DNA from: Planctomycetota bacterium
GTDB taxonomy: Bacteria; Planctomycetota; Phycisphaerae; WQYP01
Assembly (NCBI GenBank): GCA_021827645.1
Contig: JAKAVA010000041.1
Coordinates: 2,076-66,075 of the forward strand
DNA length: 64,000 nt
Direction: 5' to 3'
A program made the position numbers and the translations under genes. A model generated the notes under the pieces. The model worked only from the letters and a program-made list of their open reading frames with translations, did no database searches and was not told the origin of the DNA. Positions 1 to 9,945 of the stretch are shown here, piece by piece (the first letter of the stretch is position 1; each line of letters opens with the position of its first letter).

Positions 1-422
1 TGCTGGGGGGCGATCTGGCGTTTATTGATAAACGGCGGCAATCGGGCACGAAGGTGTTTATGTCGACGATCGTCGGCGATATCGTTGATAAGACGGTGTT
101 GATGTTTGATGACATGATCACCACCGGCGGAACCATAGCCGAGGCGAGCAAAATTTTGATGGACCGCGGGGCACGGGCCGTGCACATTGCGGCCACGCAT
201 GGCATTTTTGCCGGCGCCGCCATCGAACGCGTCGCCAAGAGCCCGATTACCAAGATTGTAATAACGGATACGGTACCGATTGATTCGCGGTTGGATCCGA
301 TCCGCGATCGTCTTGAGGTGCTTTCGATTTCCGATCTGCTCGGTGAGGCAATCCGGCGGATTCACCTCAATGAATCGGTATCAAGCCTGTTTGATAAGGG
401 TGGCAATGGCGGCAAGCGCTGA
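1..422 (+). CDS. prs: Ribose-phosphate pyrophosphokinase (PRPP synthetase), C-terminal part; the 5' end lies upstream of the window
   Basis: The frame that contains ORF 54..422 is open from base 3. The translation ...DKTVLMFDDMITTGGTIAEASKILMDRGARAVHIAATHGIF... matches the PRPP-binding and C-terminal region of Prs. The prs-rplY-pth order is classic synteny. Confidence 0.85.
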   Translation, partial: LGGDLAFIDKRRQSGTKVFMSTIVGDIVDKTVLMFDDMITTGGTIAEASKILMDRGARAVHIAATHGIFAGAAIERVAKSPITKIVITDTVPIDSRLDPIRDRLEVLSISDLLGEAIRRIHLNESVSSLFDKGGNGGKR

Positions 423-490
423 GTGCGCCCGCCGCAGATATGGATAAACGGGCCGGTGGGCCTTGATTTTTTTTCAGGAGAATGTGAGCC

Positions 491-1180
491 ATGGTGGCCA
501 AAACTATCAATGAACGTATCGTCCTTGAGACCCAACCCCGTGTGGAAGCGGGTCGAATGCATTCGCAGCGTCTGCGGGCGGAAGGTAAGTTGCCGGCAAT
601 TGTCTACGGACTTCAAGGCGCAAGCACATCGATCAGTGTTGATGCCGCGGCGGCCGAGCGGGCCGTTCACAGCGGAGCGCATCTGCTGGATTTGAAACTC
701 GGCGGCCAGGTGGAACACGTCCTGATTCAGGATGTGCAGTACGATCATCTGCATAAAGATATTGTGCATGTGGACTTCCTGCGGATTGATCCGCACAAGA
801 AGGTGCATGTGCGGATTGCCATCGAGTTCAAGGGTGTGGCCAAAGGGACGAAGGAAGGGGGCGCGCTGGACATTCAGCATGCCGAGCTGGAAGTTGAGAC
901 GCTTCCGCTTGAGATTCCGGACAGCCTGAGGGTGAACATTGATGATCTGGAACTCAACGGTGTGATTCATGCACGAGATGTTGCCCTGCCGGCCGGTATA
1001 CGCCTGCTAACACCGGGCGAACAGATCGTGTGCCAGGTGAAATTGCCGAAGGTTGTTGAAGCGACCACGGAAGCCGCACCGGGTCCGACAGAGCCGGAAG
1101 TTATTGGCAAGAAGCCGGATGAAGCGGCCGCAGCAGCAGCTCCGGCGGCGGGTGCGAAACCGGCCGGAGGCAAGAAGTAA
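491..1180 (+). CDS. rplY: 50S ribosomal protein L25 (Ctc form with an Ala/Pro/Lys-rich C-terminal tail)
   Basis: A 229-aa ORF with an L25/Ctc-like N-terminal domain (…RLRAEGKLPAIVYG…) sits between prs and pth. The tail is low-complexity (AAAAAPAAGAKPAGGKK). An AGGAGA sequence lies upstream. Confidence 0.8.
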   Translation: MVAKTINERIVLETQPRVEAGRMHSQRLRAEGKLPAIVYGLQGASTSISVDAAAAERAVHSGAHLLDLKLGGQVEHVLIQDVQYDHLHKDIVHVDFLRIDPHKKVHVRIAIEFKGVAKGTKEGGALDIQHAELEVETLPLEIPDSLRVNIDDLELNGVIHARDVALPAGIRLLTPGEQIVCQVKLPKVVEATTEAAPGPTEPEVIGKKPDEAAAAAAPAAGAKPAGGKK

Positions 1181-1225
1181 TCCGGTGCCGGATCGGACAT
1201 TTTCGGTGGTGGTATTCTCACCCCG

Positions 1226-1810
1226 GTGCACAGCATGAAGCTCATTGTCGGCTTGGGTAACCCCGGTACCGAATATCAGCATACCCGGCATAACGCTGGA
1301 TTTATGCTTGCCGATACCCTCGCCGAGAAAGCGAATGCCGGCCACTGGAACAGAAAATTTTCCGGATTGGTAACCGACTTTCGGTGGGATACCGAAAAAG
1401 TGGTGCTGCTCAAGCCGGAAACGTACATGAATTTAAGCGGTCGATCGGTGCGGGCAGCGGTGGATTTCTATGATCTTCCAATCGCCGACTTGCTGGTACT
1501 TGTCGATGATATCGCTCTGCCGACGGGAAAAATTCGGCTGCGTACGGGGGGTTCAAGCGGTGGACATAATGGCTTGGCGAGCATTGCGGAGTCATTGCGT
1601 GGACGACTGGAGGCGCCCACCGATTTTGCCCGATTGCGTATCGGTGTCGGCCATCCGGGAAGCATTCCGCTGGAGCGATACGTGCTTTCGCGTTTCAGCC
1701 CGACGGAACGGGTGGAAATTGCCGGGGCTTTAACTCGTGGGGCCGACGCGGTAAACTGTTGGGTTCGCTCAGGTATTGCCGCCGCGATGAATGAGTATAA
1801 CGGCGGGTGA
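1226..1810 (+). CDS. pth: Peptidyl-tRNA hydrolase
   Basis: The start MKLIVGLGNPGTEYQHTRHNAGF is the canonical Pth N-terminus and active-site region. The start could be the second Met, at 1235. Confidence 0.9.
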   Translation: MHSMKLIVGLGNPGTEYQHTRHNAGFMLADTLAEKANAGHWNRKFSGLVTDFRWDTEKVVLLKPETYMNLSGRSVRAAVDFYDLPIADLLVLVDDIALPTGKIRLRTGGSSGGHNGLASIAESLRGRLEAPTDFARLRIGVGHPGSIPLERYVLSRFSPTERVEIAGALTRGADAVNCWVRSGIAAAMNEYNGG

Positions 1811-1973
1811 ATCTGGTATGCGACCCACACGTTGCGGATCAAGCGGATGATGCTCCGCAGGCAGCGCTGGATCGAATGAGGTAGAGGGATAAAGTGATTT
1901 TGTTTTGACGGGGAAACCCATGGTGGCGCACGTGGCGCCGCTCGCCGTCAGACGCATTTTGGAGAATCGGTTC

Positions 1974-2411
1974 ATGTCGGTACACATCGGCCAGTATGAA
2001 GGCTTGTTTTTAATTAACCCCACCTTTGCCGGCGGCAACTGGGATGCTGCGCGTCAGGAAGTGGAACATATCCTCAACCGTGCGAATGCGGAAATTTTAC
2101 ATCTTCGCAAGTGGGATGAGCGGCGACTGGCCTATCCGGTTGAGGGGCACAAGCGCGGGCTCTACGCGCTGGCGTTTTTCCGTTGTGAGGGGCCGAAGGT
2201 TGCGGGCATTGAACGTGACGTGCAGTTGTCGACCAATATTCTGCGTGCCCTGATTATTAAGGCTGATCATCTGGCCTTGGCGGATATGGAGCAGATGATT
2301 CCGCAGCAACCCGCAGTGGATGAACACTCGGGACGCGGATTCCGCCGATCTCATGAGCGGCAGGCGGAGCGCTCAAGCGATGCGTCGTCTGAACCCGAGA
2401 TCACGGCCTGA
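1974..2411 (+). CDS. rpsF: 30S ribosomal protein S6
   Basis: YEGLFLINPT…RKWDERRLAYPVEGHKRGLYALAFF is an S6 signature. The ORF track starts at 1905, but the ATG at 1974 is preceded by GGAGAA and matches the usual S6 N-terminus. ssb follows. Confidence 0.8.
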   Translation: MSVHIGQYEGLFLINPTFAGGNWDAARQEVEHILNRANAEILHLRKWDERRLAYPVEGHKRGLYALAFFRCEGPKVAGIERDVQLSTNILRALIIKADHLALADMEQMIPQQPAVDEHSGRGFRRSHERQAERSSDASSEPEITA

Positions 2412-2496
2412 TATCTCACCGGGAGGATATCCGCGCCCCACGGGTGGGGATGCACGAGAGTACACTGCAGGGTCAACGTAGTGAATGTGGTGACAT

Positions 2497-2964
2497 ATGG
2501 CAAACCTCAATAAAGTTTTTCTGATGGGAAACCTCACCCGGGACCCACAACTTTCTTACACCCCGTCGCAGACGCCGGTTTGTGAGCTGGGCTTGGCGGT
2601 GAATCGCCGCTGGACGGCCCAGGACGGCCAGCAGAAGGAAGAGGTGACGTATGTTGACTGCACCTCCTACGGGAAACAGGCCGAGACGCTGTCGAAGTAC
2701 ATGAAGAAGGGGCGGCCCATATTTATTGAGGGGCGATTGAAACTGGATCAATGGGAAGCGCAGGACGGGTCCAAGCGATCGAAGATGCGGGTTGTGGTGG
2801 AAGGGTTCCAGTTTCTCGGCGGACCGGATTCCCGCGGTGGCGAAGGCGGGGAAGGAAGCGCTCCGCGATATCAACCGCGGACGGCGCCGCAGGGCGGTCG
2901 CCCATCTGCGCCGCAGAATGATGACGCTCCGCCGCCGGTATCGGATGATGATATTCCGTTTTAA
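2497..2964 (+). CDS. ssb: Single-stranded DNA-binding protein
   Basis: It has an OB-fold N-terminus (MANLNKVFLMGNLTRDPQL…), a Gly/Pro-rich linker and an acidic DDDIPF tip. It occupies the ssb/priB position between rpsF and rplI. Confidence 0.9.
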   Translation: MANLNKVFLMGNLTRDPQLSYTPSQTPVCELGLAVNRRWTAQDGQQKEEVTYVDCTSYGKQAETLSKYMKKGRPIFIEGRLKLDQWEAQDGSKRSKMRVVVEGFQFLGGPDSRGGEGGEGSAPRYQPRTAPQGGRPSAPQNDDAPPPVSDDDIPF

Positions 2965-3038
2965 GTCCGGCGGGCGGGCTGAAAATCGGCCGCCGTCGAT
3001 ATTTGAATGATTGATTTTTTACATACGCGAGGTGAATA

Positions 3039-3551
3039 ATGAAAGTTTTATTAACAGACACGATTGATAAAGTCGGAATCGTCGGCACGGTGGTGGATGT
3101 CAGCGAGGGATATGCCCGCAACTATCTGCTGCCGAAGAAACTGGCCACCACCCCCACGCCCGGCAACATCCAGCGACTGGAAGCCGCCCGTAAGGAGCAT
3201 GAGGCCCGGATGAAATTGCTGCGTGAGCAGAAGGAATCGCTTCTGGCGGCCATCACCGGCTTGGAACTTACCATTGCGCGGGCATCAAACGAAGAGGGTC
3301 ACCTGTTCGGATCCGTATCGCGGCGGGACATCTCTGATGAATTGATGAAACTCGGCCACGCGGTTACACCGGATGATGTTCGGTTGGATGAGCCGCTGCG
3401 CCGCATTGATACCTTTATGGTCAATGTCCAGCTGGCAACCGATCTGAAAACGCAGATTAAAATCTGGGTAGTACGTGAAAAGACGGCCCAGGAAGGCGAA
3501 GCCACGGCTGCGGCGAGCGAGAATTCGGGCGACACCCAGTCTACCGAGTAA
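3039..3551 (+). CDS. rplI: 50S ribosomal protein L9
   Basis: MKVLLTDTIDKVGIVGTVVDVSEGYARNYLLPKKLA is an L9 N-domain signature. A C-terminal domain is present. Confidence 0.9.
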   Translation: MKVLLTDTIDKVGIVGTVVDVSEGYARNYLLPKKLATTPTPGNIQRLEAARKEHEARMKLLREQKESLLAAITGLELTIARASNEEGHLFGSVSRRDISDELMKLGHAVTPDDVRLDEPLRRIDTFMVNVQLATDLKTQIKIWVVREKTAQEGEATAAASENSGDTQSTE

Positions 3552-3689
3552 GCGCGACGGTAAAAATCAATACCAGACCGGCGAGACGAAAATCGCGTCC
3601 ACCCGGAAGATGATCTTGGGCCGATGTCAGGCGATGAGCCGCATCGGCCTCTTTAATGCCTCGCGGCTCTGGTAATGACCAATCAACCA

Positions 3690-4139
3690 TACCACGTCCG
3701 ACTTTCGCAAATCACCGATCCATCTCAGGCAGTGTCGATCGGTGATGGAAACCAGGTAAGTGGCGTGACCACCGATGAGATATTCTTCACATTCAGTCAG
3801 CAGTAGAATAACGCGTGTGGATTTGCAGGCCCGGCCCATCAGCAACTGAAATACCCCGATTCTCTCGTTCCCCCGAATGGCCTTATCCCCGGCGATGTGG
3901 CCAATTTGGACCTTCCCGCATGGATTTGGAACCGCGATTCAAGCTTCGGCCTCCGGTACCGTCACGGCAACGATGGCAATGGCGTTTTTGTTTTTAGTGA
4001 TGCGACATCAATCCCAATGAACAACAATACTCCTGCCGCTGTGCCGGGCTCGCCCGGAACATCCGGCTCTACGGGGCGGAAGATTCTTAATATCATCAAC
4101 TCCAACCTGTCAGCGTCAGTGGCTCAAAACCTGTATTGA
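3690..4139 (+). pseudogene. Decayed tandem copy of the 3' half of the downstream DUF1559 (H-X9-DG) gene
   Basis: Nucleotide and peptide similarity to 5060..5482. For example, gtcgatcggtgatggaaaccaggt matches gtggcgatcggtgatggaaaccaagt. ORF 3897..4139 translates to …[63 protein letters not shown], whereas the intact gene ends …[63 protein letters not shown]. The upstream part is frame-disrupted, and there is no N-terminus or signal. Confidence 0.6.
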
Positions 4140-4489
4140 TCCGCTCCGCCCGGTCAAAGAATAAAAACCATCGCCGGAATCGTGATACAAATCCAGAAGT
4201 CTATTTGTCAAAAATAACCTAACGTAAAAGCCAATCTTCCTGTAGACTTTGGTCCATAGGAGGCGTGTGCAGTAGCAACCTGCAATTCTAGAACAGGTGG
4301 CACTGCAAGGTCTCATGCGGACGGCGACGCGAAAGCTGGGCAACCGATTGCATGTGGTTGTTTGGCACACCGGTTCCAAGGCTCACTGTGGGCGTTCTGG
4401 TCTGGTAATCTGCTCGAACTGCTGCATGCTCAAAGGCGAGTCTATACTGTTTTGCACCGTTTAATGTATTTATGTCGAGGAGGCATAAA

Positions 4490-5482
4490 ATGGGTATGCG
4501 TGGAATGTCCAGACTCAGTGGGAATAAGATGGGCAAAAAGCTCGGCCGCGGTGGTTTCACCTTGGTTGAATTGCTTGTTGTTATTTCAATCATCGCACTT
4601 TTAATATCACTTCTTCTGCCCGCCCTCTCCAAGGCAAAGGCGGATGCGGTAACGATTTCCTGCCTGGCCAATCTCAGGTCGCTTGGGCAGATCACCAATG
4701 AATATGCTCAGAATTACCAGGACTCACTCCCTTTTGGGAGTTCAACGGCCACGAACTGGCCTAATCAGTGGGGGCAGGATAGCTGGGATGCCCTCCTTTT
4801 TGCATTTAACAAAAATATCCTCCCCAGCCCCGCTTGGGAATTGGCTTACGCAGAGGGCAACACCTATTTCCCAAAGCCCGATCGCTTTCCGGGACGCCCA
4901 GGTGAATATAATGCGATGTTCGTTTGTCCCGCATCAACCATCATGCCTTCTCCGGGCGCAGCCATGTGCACGTATTCTGCCAACCCTAATTTCTTCATGG
5001 CGTATAACCGGTACAACACTAAAAACCTTTACACCTGCCGCCTTTCCCAAATGACTGACCCGTCCCAGTCGGTGGCGATCGGTGATGGAAACCAAGTCAT
5101 GACGGGAGAAACGACCGCTGATTCCAGCGCCTTTACATTCAGTTGGCAGCAGAATACCGCTAATGGATTCATAGGCCCTGCCAATCAGTACATGAACTAT
5201 CCCGATTACCTTGTTCCGCCGAATGGCCTCGTCGCAGGTGCTACCGCCAATTTGGACACTCCCGCATGGGTTCCCAGCGCCAGCGGTTACGGCCTTCGGT
5301 ATCGTCACGGTAACGACGCCAATGTCGTCTTCTTCGACGGTCACGCGACTTCGATCCCGATCAACAACAATACTCCCGGTAATCCACCGGGAACGCCCGG
5401 ATCATCCGGCTCCACTGGCCTGAAGATTATCAATATCATCAACCCCAACCTGCCGGCTTCGGTAGATCAAAACCTATATTGA
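4490..5482 (+). CDS. Prepilin-type N-terminal cleavage/methylation domain protein of the H-X9-DG (DUF1559) family
   Basis: The N-terminus [30 protein letters not shown] is a type IV pilin-like leader and methylation motif. The C-terminus [14 protein letters not shown] is an H-X9-DG motif. GAGGAGG lies 8 nt before the ATG at 4490, although the ORF track starts at 4472. Confidence 0.8.
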   Translation: MGMRGMSRLSGNKMGKKLGRGGFTLVELLVVISIIALLISLLLPALSKAKADAVTISCLANLRSLGQITNEYAQNYQDSLPFGSSTATNWPNQWGQDSWDALLFAFNKNILPSPAWELAYAEGNTYFPKPDRFPGRPGEYNAMFVCPASTIMPSPGAAMCTYSANPNFFMAYNRYNTKNLYTCRLSQMTDPSQSVAIGDGNQVMTGETTADSSAFTFSWQQNTANGFIGPANQYMNYPDYLVPPNGLVAGATANLDTPAWVPSASGYGLRYRHGNDANVVFFDGHATSIPINNNTPGNPPGTPGSSGSTGLKIINIINPNLPASVDQNLY

Positions 5483-5513
5483 ACGGCCGTGGGGTATGAA
5501 CTTGAACAATGAT

Positions 5514-5541
5514 GTGGGGTGGCTGTAGCTCGCCACCCCAC
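5514..5541 (+). terminator. Candidate intrinsic terminator hairpin after the DUF1559 gene
   Basis: A perfect 10-bp stem (gtggggtggc … gccaccccac) with an 8-nt loop lies 30 nt after the stop. The downstream sequence is only weakly T-rich. Confidence 0.4.
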
Positions 5542-5653
5542 GTTCGTCTAAACTCTTAGGTACGGGAAGGACCCTCAAGCATCGGCGCTATGGTGGCGTA
5601 ATGCTGCGTGGCAAAATAAGTCGTGGTGTCATGAATGAAAAGGAGTTTCTGTT

Positions 5654-7198
5654 ATGAAACGACGAACGTTTGTCAAAGCAGGAGCGGCGACCGCAGCAGC
5701 GGGCACACTCGCCTCCGTGCGCCCGGTTCGTGCTGCAAGAGCAAGTCGTCAGAGTCGCCGACCGAACATCTTGGTATTTCTAACCGATGATCAGGGGCGA
5801 TGGGCGCAGCAACCTTACGGCAACCCGGATGTCAAAACGCCTAATATGAGCTGGCTTGCCGAGCACGGTACCAAGATGACGCGGGCCTACACCACCTGCC
5901 CGGTCTGCTCTCCCGCACGAGCCTCATTTTTCACCGGGCGTATGCCATCCCAGCATGGCATTCAGGACTGGCTCTACGAACCCGGACATATCTATGACAA
6001 TTGCCTCAAAGGCCAGACACTCATCTCCGAACCCCTCAAGAGCGCCGGATACCACACCGGCTTGGTCGGTAAATGGCATTGTGGAGCAACGCGATTTCCA
6101 AAGACGGCATTTGACTATTGGTTCAGCTACTGGGTGTGGCAGTATCCCCATTTCGGTAAGCAGAACTTTTCCAATCAGGGAAATTATCTCGAAGAGTACG
6201 GCAACCAATCTCATCTGCTCACCAATCGTGCCTTGGAGTTCCTGAAAAATTCACGCGCCGGACGGCGAAAAAACCGCGAACCGTTTTTCCTGTTTGTCGG
6301 TTATACCGATACCCATTCACCCCATATTCAGGCCCCCAAAAAATATGTCGATTATTACAATCGGCAGCCGCTTAACTGGTTCAAGGTTCCACCGTTTGCC
6401 TCGTGTCACGGCCAGATTGCAAGTCTTGCCAACGGCGTTCCGCGTCTGGCATCGGAACAGCACGCCCGCCTGGCCGAATATTACGGCGCGGTCGCCAATA
6501 TCGATGATCAGGTCGGAAGAGTTCTCGCCGCATTAAAGCAGATGGGTGAACTCGACGACACCATGATCGTCTACACCGGTGACCATGGTCTCAACGGCGG
6601 ACACAATGGCTTCTGGGAAAAAGGCAACGCCACCATCCCCCAAAATTTCGTGGATGATTCCATTCTCATCTCTTCCATCATCTCCTGGCGTAATGGCGAT
6701 GTAAAAGCCGGTGTCAGCAATGATGCCATTGTTAACCATCCCGATCTCTTCATGACCATCCTCGATGTCGCCCAAGCTCACCCCGGTCAAGCCGTCTTGG
6801 ATAGCATTAATTCCCCCGGGTTGTCCTATCTGCGGCAGTTGCGTGGTGAACAGGTATCAGGTTGGCGAGACTCCATCATCTGTGAGTACGGCAACGCTAG
6901 AATGATTCGCACTCACCGCTATAAACTCATTCTCCGTTATCCGTATGATTGGGTGCAGGCTCCCAACGAACTTTATGATCTTCAAAGTGATCCCCACGAG
7001 CGCGTCAATGTCTACAACAAGGCGCAGCACGCGGAGTTAATCAAAGACCTGAGCCGAAAAATAAATGCTTTCTTCAAGGTCTACACGGTGCCGGGCAATT
7101 CCGGCCTCGAACTTGAAAAGCAGCCAATTCCCAACCCGCAGGCTCCATGGATACGCATGGCTCGCCGCGATACGCAGTGGATTGTGCGGGATTATTAA
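5654..7198 (+). CDS. Sulfatase (Cys-type, formylglycine-dependent) with a Tat signal peptide
   Basis: RRTFVKAGAATAAAGTLA is a twin-arginine signal. PNILVFLTDDQG and CPVCSPARASFFTGR (C-x-P-x-R) are the sulfatase active-site signature. Confidence 0.85.
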   Translation: MKRRTFVKAGAATAAAGTLASVRPVRAARASRQSRRPNILVFLTDDQGRWAQQPYGNPDVKTPNMSWLAEHGTKMTRAYTTCPVCSPARASFFTGRMPSQHGIQDWLYEPGHIYDNCLKGQTLISEPLKSAGYHTGLVGKWHCGATRFPKTAFDYWFSYWVWQYPHFGKQNFSNQGNYLEEYGNQSHLLTNRALEFLKNSRAGRRKNREPFFLFVGYTDTHSPHIQAPKKYVDYYNRQPLNWFKVPPFASCHGQIASLANGVPRLASEQHARLAEYYGAVANIDDQVGRVLAALKQMGELDDTMIVYTGDHGLNGGHNGFWEKGNATIPQNFVDDSILISSIISWRNGDVKAGVSNDAIVNHPDLFMTILDVAQAHPGQAVLDSINSPGLSYLRQLRGEQVSGWRDSIICEYGNARMIRTHRYKLILRYPYDWVQAPNELYDLQSDPHERVNVYNKAQHAELIKDLSRKINAFFKVYTVPGNSGLELEKQPIPNPQAPWIRMARRDTQWIVRDY

Positions 7199-7396
7199 TA
7201 CCGTACGGTTTTGTCGGATGACGCCGGATCGGGCACCTGCGCCGTGCGGACAGGTCTCGATCCGGTTCTCTCTGTACTGGAAATTCTTGCACGGCGCCCA
7301 ACGCCGGCGTTATTCCCCGCAGGTTGCGACCCTGGCTTCAAACGGATGGGCTCTGGCCGGGCTTTGATGACTGGTGGGAGGATGGCCAATCGATAA

Positions 7397-8578
7397 TTAC
7401 GTGTTCGTCCGGTTTTTTTCCGCCTCTTTACGCATCAGCTTTCGCATGTCACGCGGAGTATTCCGGTAAAAAGTGTGAAACGATGTGCTGAACTGCCGCG
7501 GCGAACTGTATCCCGTCTCTTCCGAAATCTGCGCAATGGGCATATCGGAATCCGAAAGCAGGTTGCGGGCTTTTTCCATCTGTACCCGCTGAATCTCCGT
7601 CGCCGGGCTTCGACCGATCGCCGCCGCAAAGTGGCGCTCCAGGGTTGGCCGGGAAACCCCCAACTGTTTGGCGAGCCATTTCACGGATACCCCTTTCGAC
7701 AGATTTTGCTGAATCAGCGCCATTCCCTGCCGCACCAGCGTATCATCAACGCCGAAAATATCGGAGGATAATCGCGTGACCACCCGCAGCGGCGGGATCA
7801 GCAACTGAGTTGTCTTTAGCTTTCGCCTGCGCATAAGCTGATACAGCATGTCCATCCCTCGAAATCCAATGGTGTGGGTATCCAATGCAATGCTGGAAAG
7901 GTGTGGTCTCCGAAGTTGTCCGTATAAATCGTCGTTGTCGGTGCCGAGAATCGCGAGCGACTCCGGAACCTTGATCTTCAATCGATGGCATGCCTCCACC
8001 AGATAAATACCCAGAAGATCATCTCCTGCATAGATCGCTGCCGGGGGTACCAGTTTTTTCAACCAGCGAACCGCTGTGCTCGGATACACGCCGGCCCGAT
8101 CTTCCGCTTCTCCCTCACCTTTGAAAAAATAATGGGCGGTCAAGCCTCTCTCGGACGCCCTTGCTAAAAACCCGTCCCGCCGCGCATCCGACCAATATCG
8201 ATTCTCCATCCCGTAATAAGTAAGCCGACGAAATCCCCGATCGATGAAATAATCAGCTGCCAATCGACCTACCGCAAAATCATCCGTCACGACGCGCGGC
8301 AGGCTTGATACCGGAACCTCTGCGGACACATCGATTGCAGGGATACCCTTCTCGGCAATTAATCTCGGCAGTTCCCAGGACGGGGGGCTTCCCGCCGTGA
8401 TGACACCATGGATATGACCCCGAATCAGAAGTGGAAAATCCGCAATCTCAAAATTGTCCGGAAAAAACACCCGGATCTCCGGCTGCCTTGATGCATAATC
8501 AGCGGCACCCCGCAGCACATCTCGATTGTACGCGACGGCCAAGTTTCCCAGAAACAGTACCCGCTTATTTTTCCTCAC
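7397..8578 (-). CDS. XylR-type transcriptional regulator, with a periplasmic-binding-protein-like sugar-sensing N-domain and an AraC-family HTH C-domain
   Basis: The C-terminus …SRPTLERHFAAAIGRSPATEIQRVQMEKARNLLSDSDMPIAQISEETGYSSPRQFSTSFHTFYRNTPRDMR is an AraC HTH. The N-terminal roughly 270 aa is LacI/PBP-like. It is divergent from the GH128-GPH-sulfatase genes. Confidence 0.75.
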   Translation of the reverse strand: MRKNKRVLFLGNLAVAYNRDVLRGAADYASRQPEIRVFFPDNFEIADFPLLIRGHIHGVITAGSPPSWELPRLIAEKGIPAIDVSAEVPVSSLPRVVTDDFAVGRLAADYFIDRGFRRLTYYGMENRYWSDARRDGFLARASERGLTAHYFFKGEGEAEDRAGVYPSTAVRWLKKLVPPAAIYAGDDLLGIYLVEACHRLKIKVPESLAILGTDNDDLYGQLRRPHLSSIALDTHTIGFRGMDMLYQLMRRRKLKTTQLLIPPLRVVTRLSSDIFGVDDTLVRQGMALIQQNLSKGVSVKWLAKQLGVSRPTLERHFAAAIGRSPATEIQRVQMEKARNLLSDSDMPIAQISEETGYSSPRQFSTSFHTFYRNTPRDMRKLMRKEAEKNRTNT

Positions 8579-8934
8579 GTCCGGCTTACCCCCAATTTGC
8601 GATTCTGCAAAGAGTATAGCATCAACATGATAAAATTTCAGAAGTTATTTTTCACATTTTCACCTTTTTGTTCCGTGGGACAGCCATTAAACTCTGAGCC
8701 GTCCCGGCGGGGTTGCCTCTGAGGTGTCCAACAGGGGGCAACTTCAGGTTGCGGCTTGGCCCCCGGCTTCGTGATGAATTGGGTGACACCTTGAAGTTGA
8801 AAATCTGCCCTGGCCGACCCCAACGCAGTTCTTCCACCGTATAGGCAGGCGGCTTTTTGCCTGTGAAATCGTGGAAAACGACCAATGGATTTGGATTGAT
8901 AAAATCCAATTAAACTCTGATGAGGATGAAAAAT

Positions 8935-9765
8935 ATGCGGCGTCAACGTCTGGGCTTAAAAGCAGTCATCACCTTTGCGGCTTTGGCTTTAACCTCTCCG
9001 GTTGCCGGCGCCCACAGCCCGAAGAAGGGGATCGGTATCCTATTCCGTCCCGATCCCTCACTCACCGTCGCGATACTCAAGAAGCTTCACGTGCATTGGT
9101 TCTACACATGGGGAAATTTGCGTCCTGCTGCCGCCCCGGCCAAGCTCCCGTTTGTTCCTATGATCTGGGGCTGTTATCCCAAGCAACTCCCGTCCGCCAT
9201 CCAGGGGTTGGTCAAGTATCGCCATACCGGCATCGCCTCGGCCATGCTCGGCTTTAATGAGCCGGATAATCATCGGCAATCCAACGTTCCCGTTACCAAA
9301 GCACTGAACGCTTGGCCGCAGTTGGAAGCGGCAGGTCTCCCTCTGGGCAGCCCCGCCTGCGTCAACGACCTGGATAAATGGATGCGGACATTTATGCGAG
9401 TTGCGGATCACCGCCATTACCGGGTGAACTTCGTCTGCGTTCATTGGTATGGTGCTCCGAATTCGAAGGGATTTCTGAAGATGCTCGCGCGGATTCATCA
9501 ACTTTATCATCGCCCGATCTGGGTAACCGAATTTGCCGTCAGTGACTGGAGCATCAAAAAGAATCATGGAATTAATAAATATTCCCCGCATATGATTGCA
9601 CGCTTCATGCGGGTTGTATTGTCCGCTCTGAATCATCTCTCATACGTACAGCGCTACGCCTGGTTCCCTGCTCCGCTTTCAGATAAAACACCAACTGGTA
9701 ATTCAGCGCTTTACCATAAAAACGGGAAGTTGACCCTTCTTGGGAGAATTTACTCCGCTGATTGA
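8935..9765 (+). CDS. Secreted glycoside hydrolase, GH128-like (Glyco_hydro_cc catalytic core)
   Basis: A signal peptide MRRQRLGLKAVITFAALALTSPVAGA is present. The motifs KKGIG, WFYTWG, GFNEPD and IWVTEFA fit the GH128 catalytic core. AGGA lies 8 nt before the ATG at 8935, although the ORF track starts at 8920. Confidence 0.6.
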   Translation: MRRQRLGLKAVITFAALALTSPVAGAHSPKKGIGILFRPDPSLTVAILKKLHVHWFYTWGNLRPAAAPAKLPFVPMIWGCYPKQLPSAIQGLVKYRHTGIASAMLGFNEPDNHRQSNVPVTKALNAWPQLEAAGLPLGSPACVNDLDKWMRTFMRVADHRHYRVNFVCVHWYGAPNSKGFLKMLARIHQLYHRPIWVTEFAVSDWSIKKNHGINKYSPHMIARFMRVVLSALNHLSYVQRYAWFPAPLSDKTPTGNSALYHKNGKLTLLGRIYSAD

Positions 9766-9945
9766 TGAATCTTCTTCAATCCACACTCCTCAATCAGCCT
9801 TGACCGGGCGGCGAAAATGGCAGATAACAGTGCGAATGAAACAGTCGGCGACTCTCGAATGGTGTAAAATCCACTGACAGCCCGTTGCGACTACGGTGCA
9901 CCCCGGTGTGTCAGGCGGGGCCGGATAAGGGTATAAGGCTCGATC

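Noticed and set aside
362-970. A 202-aa minus-strand ORF overlapping prs and rplY
   Set aside because: It is antisense to two well-supported conserved genes and has no recognisable motifs.
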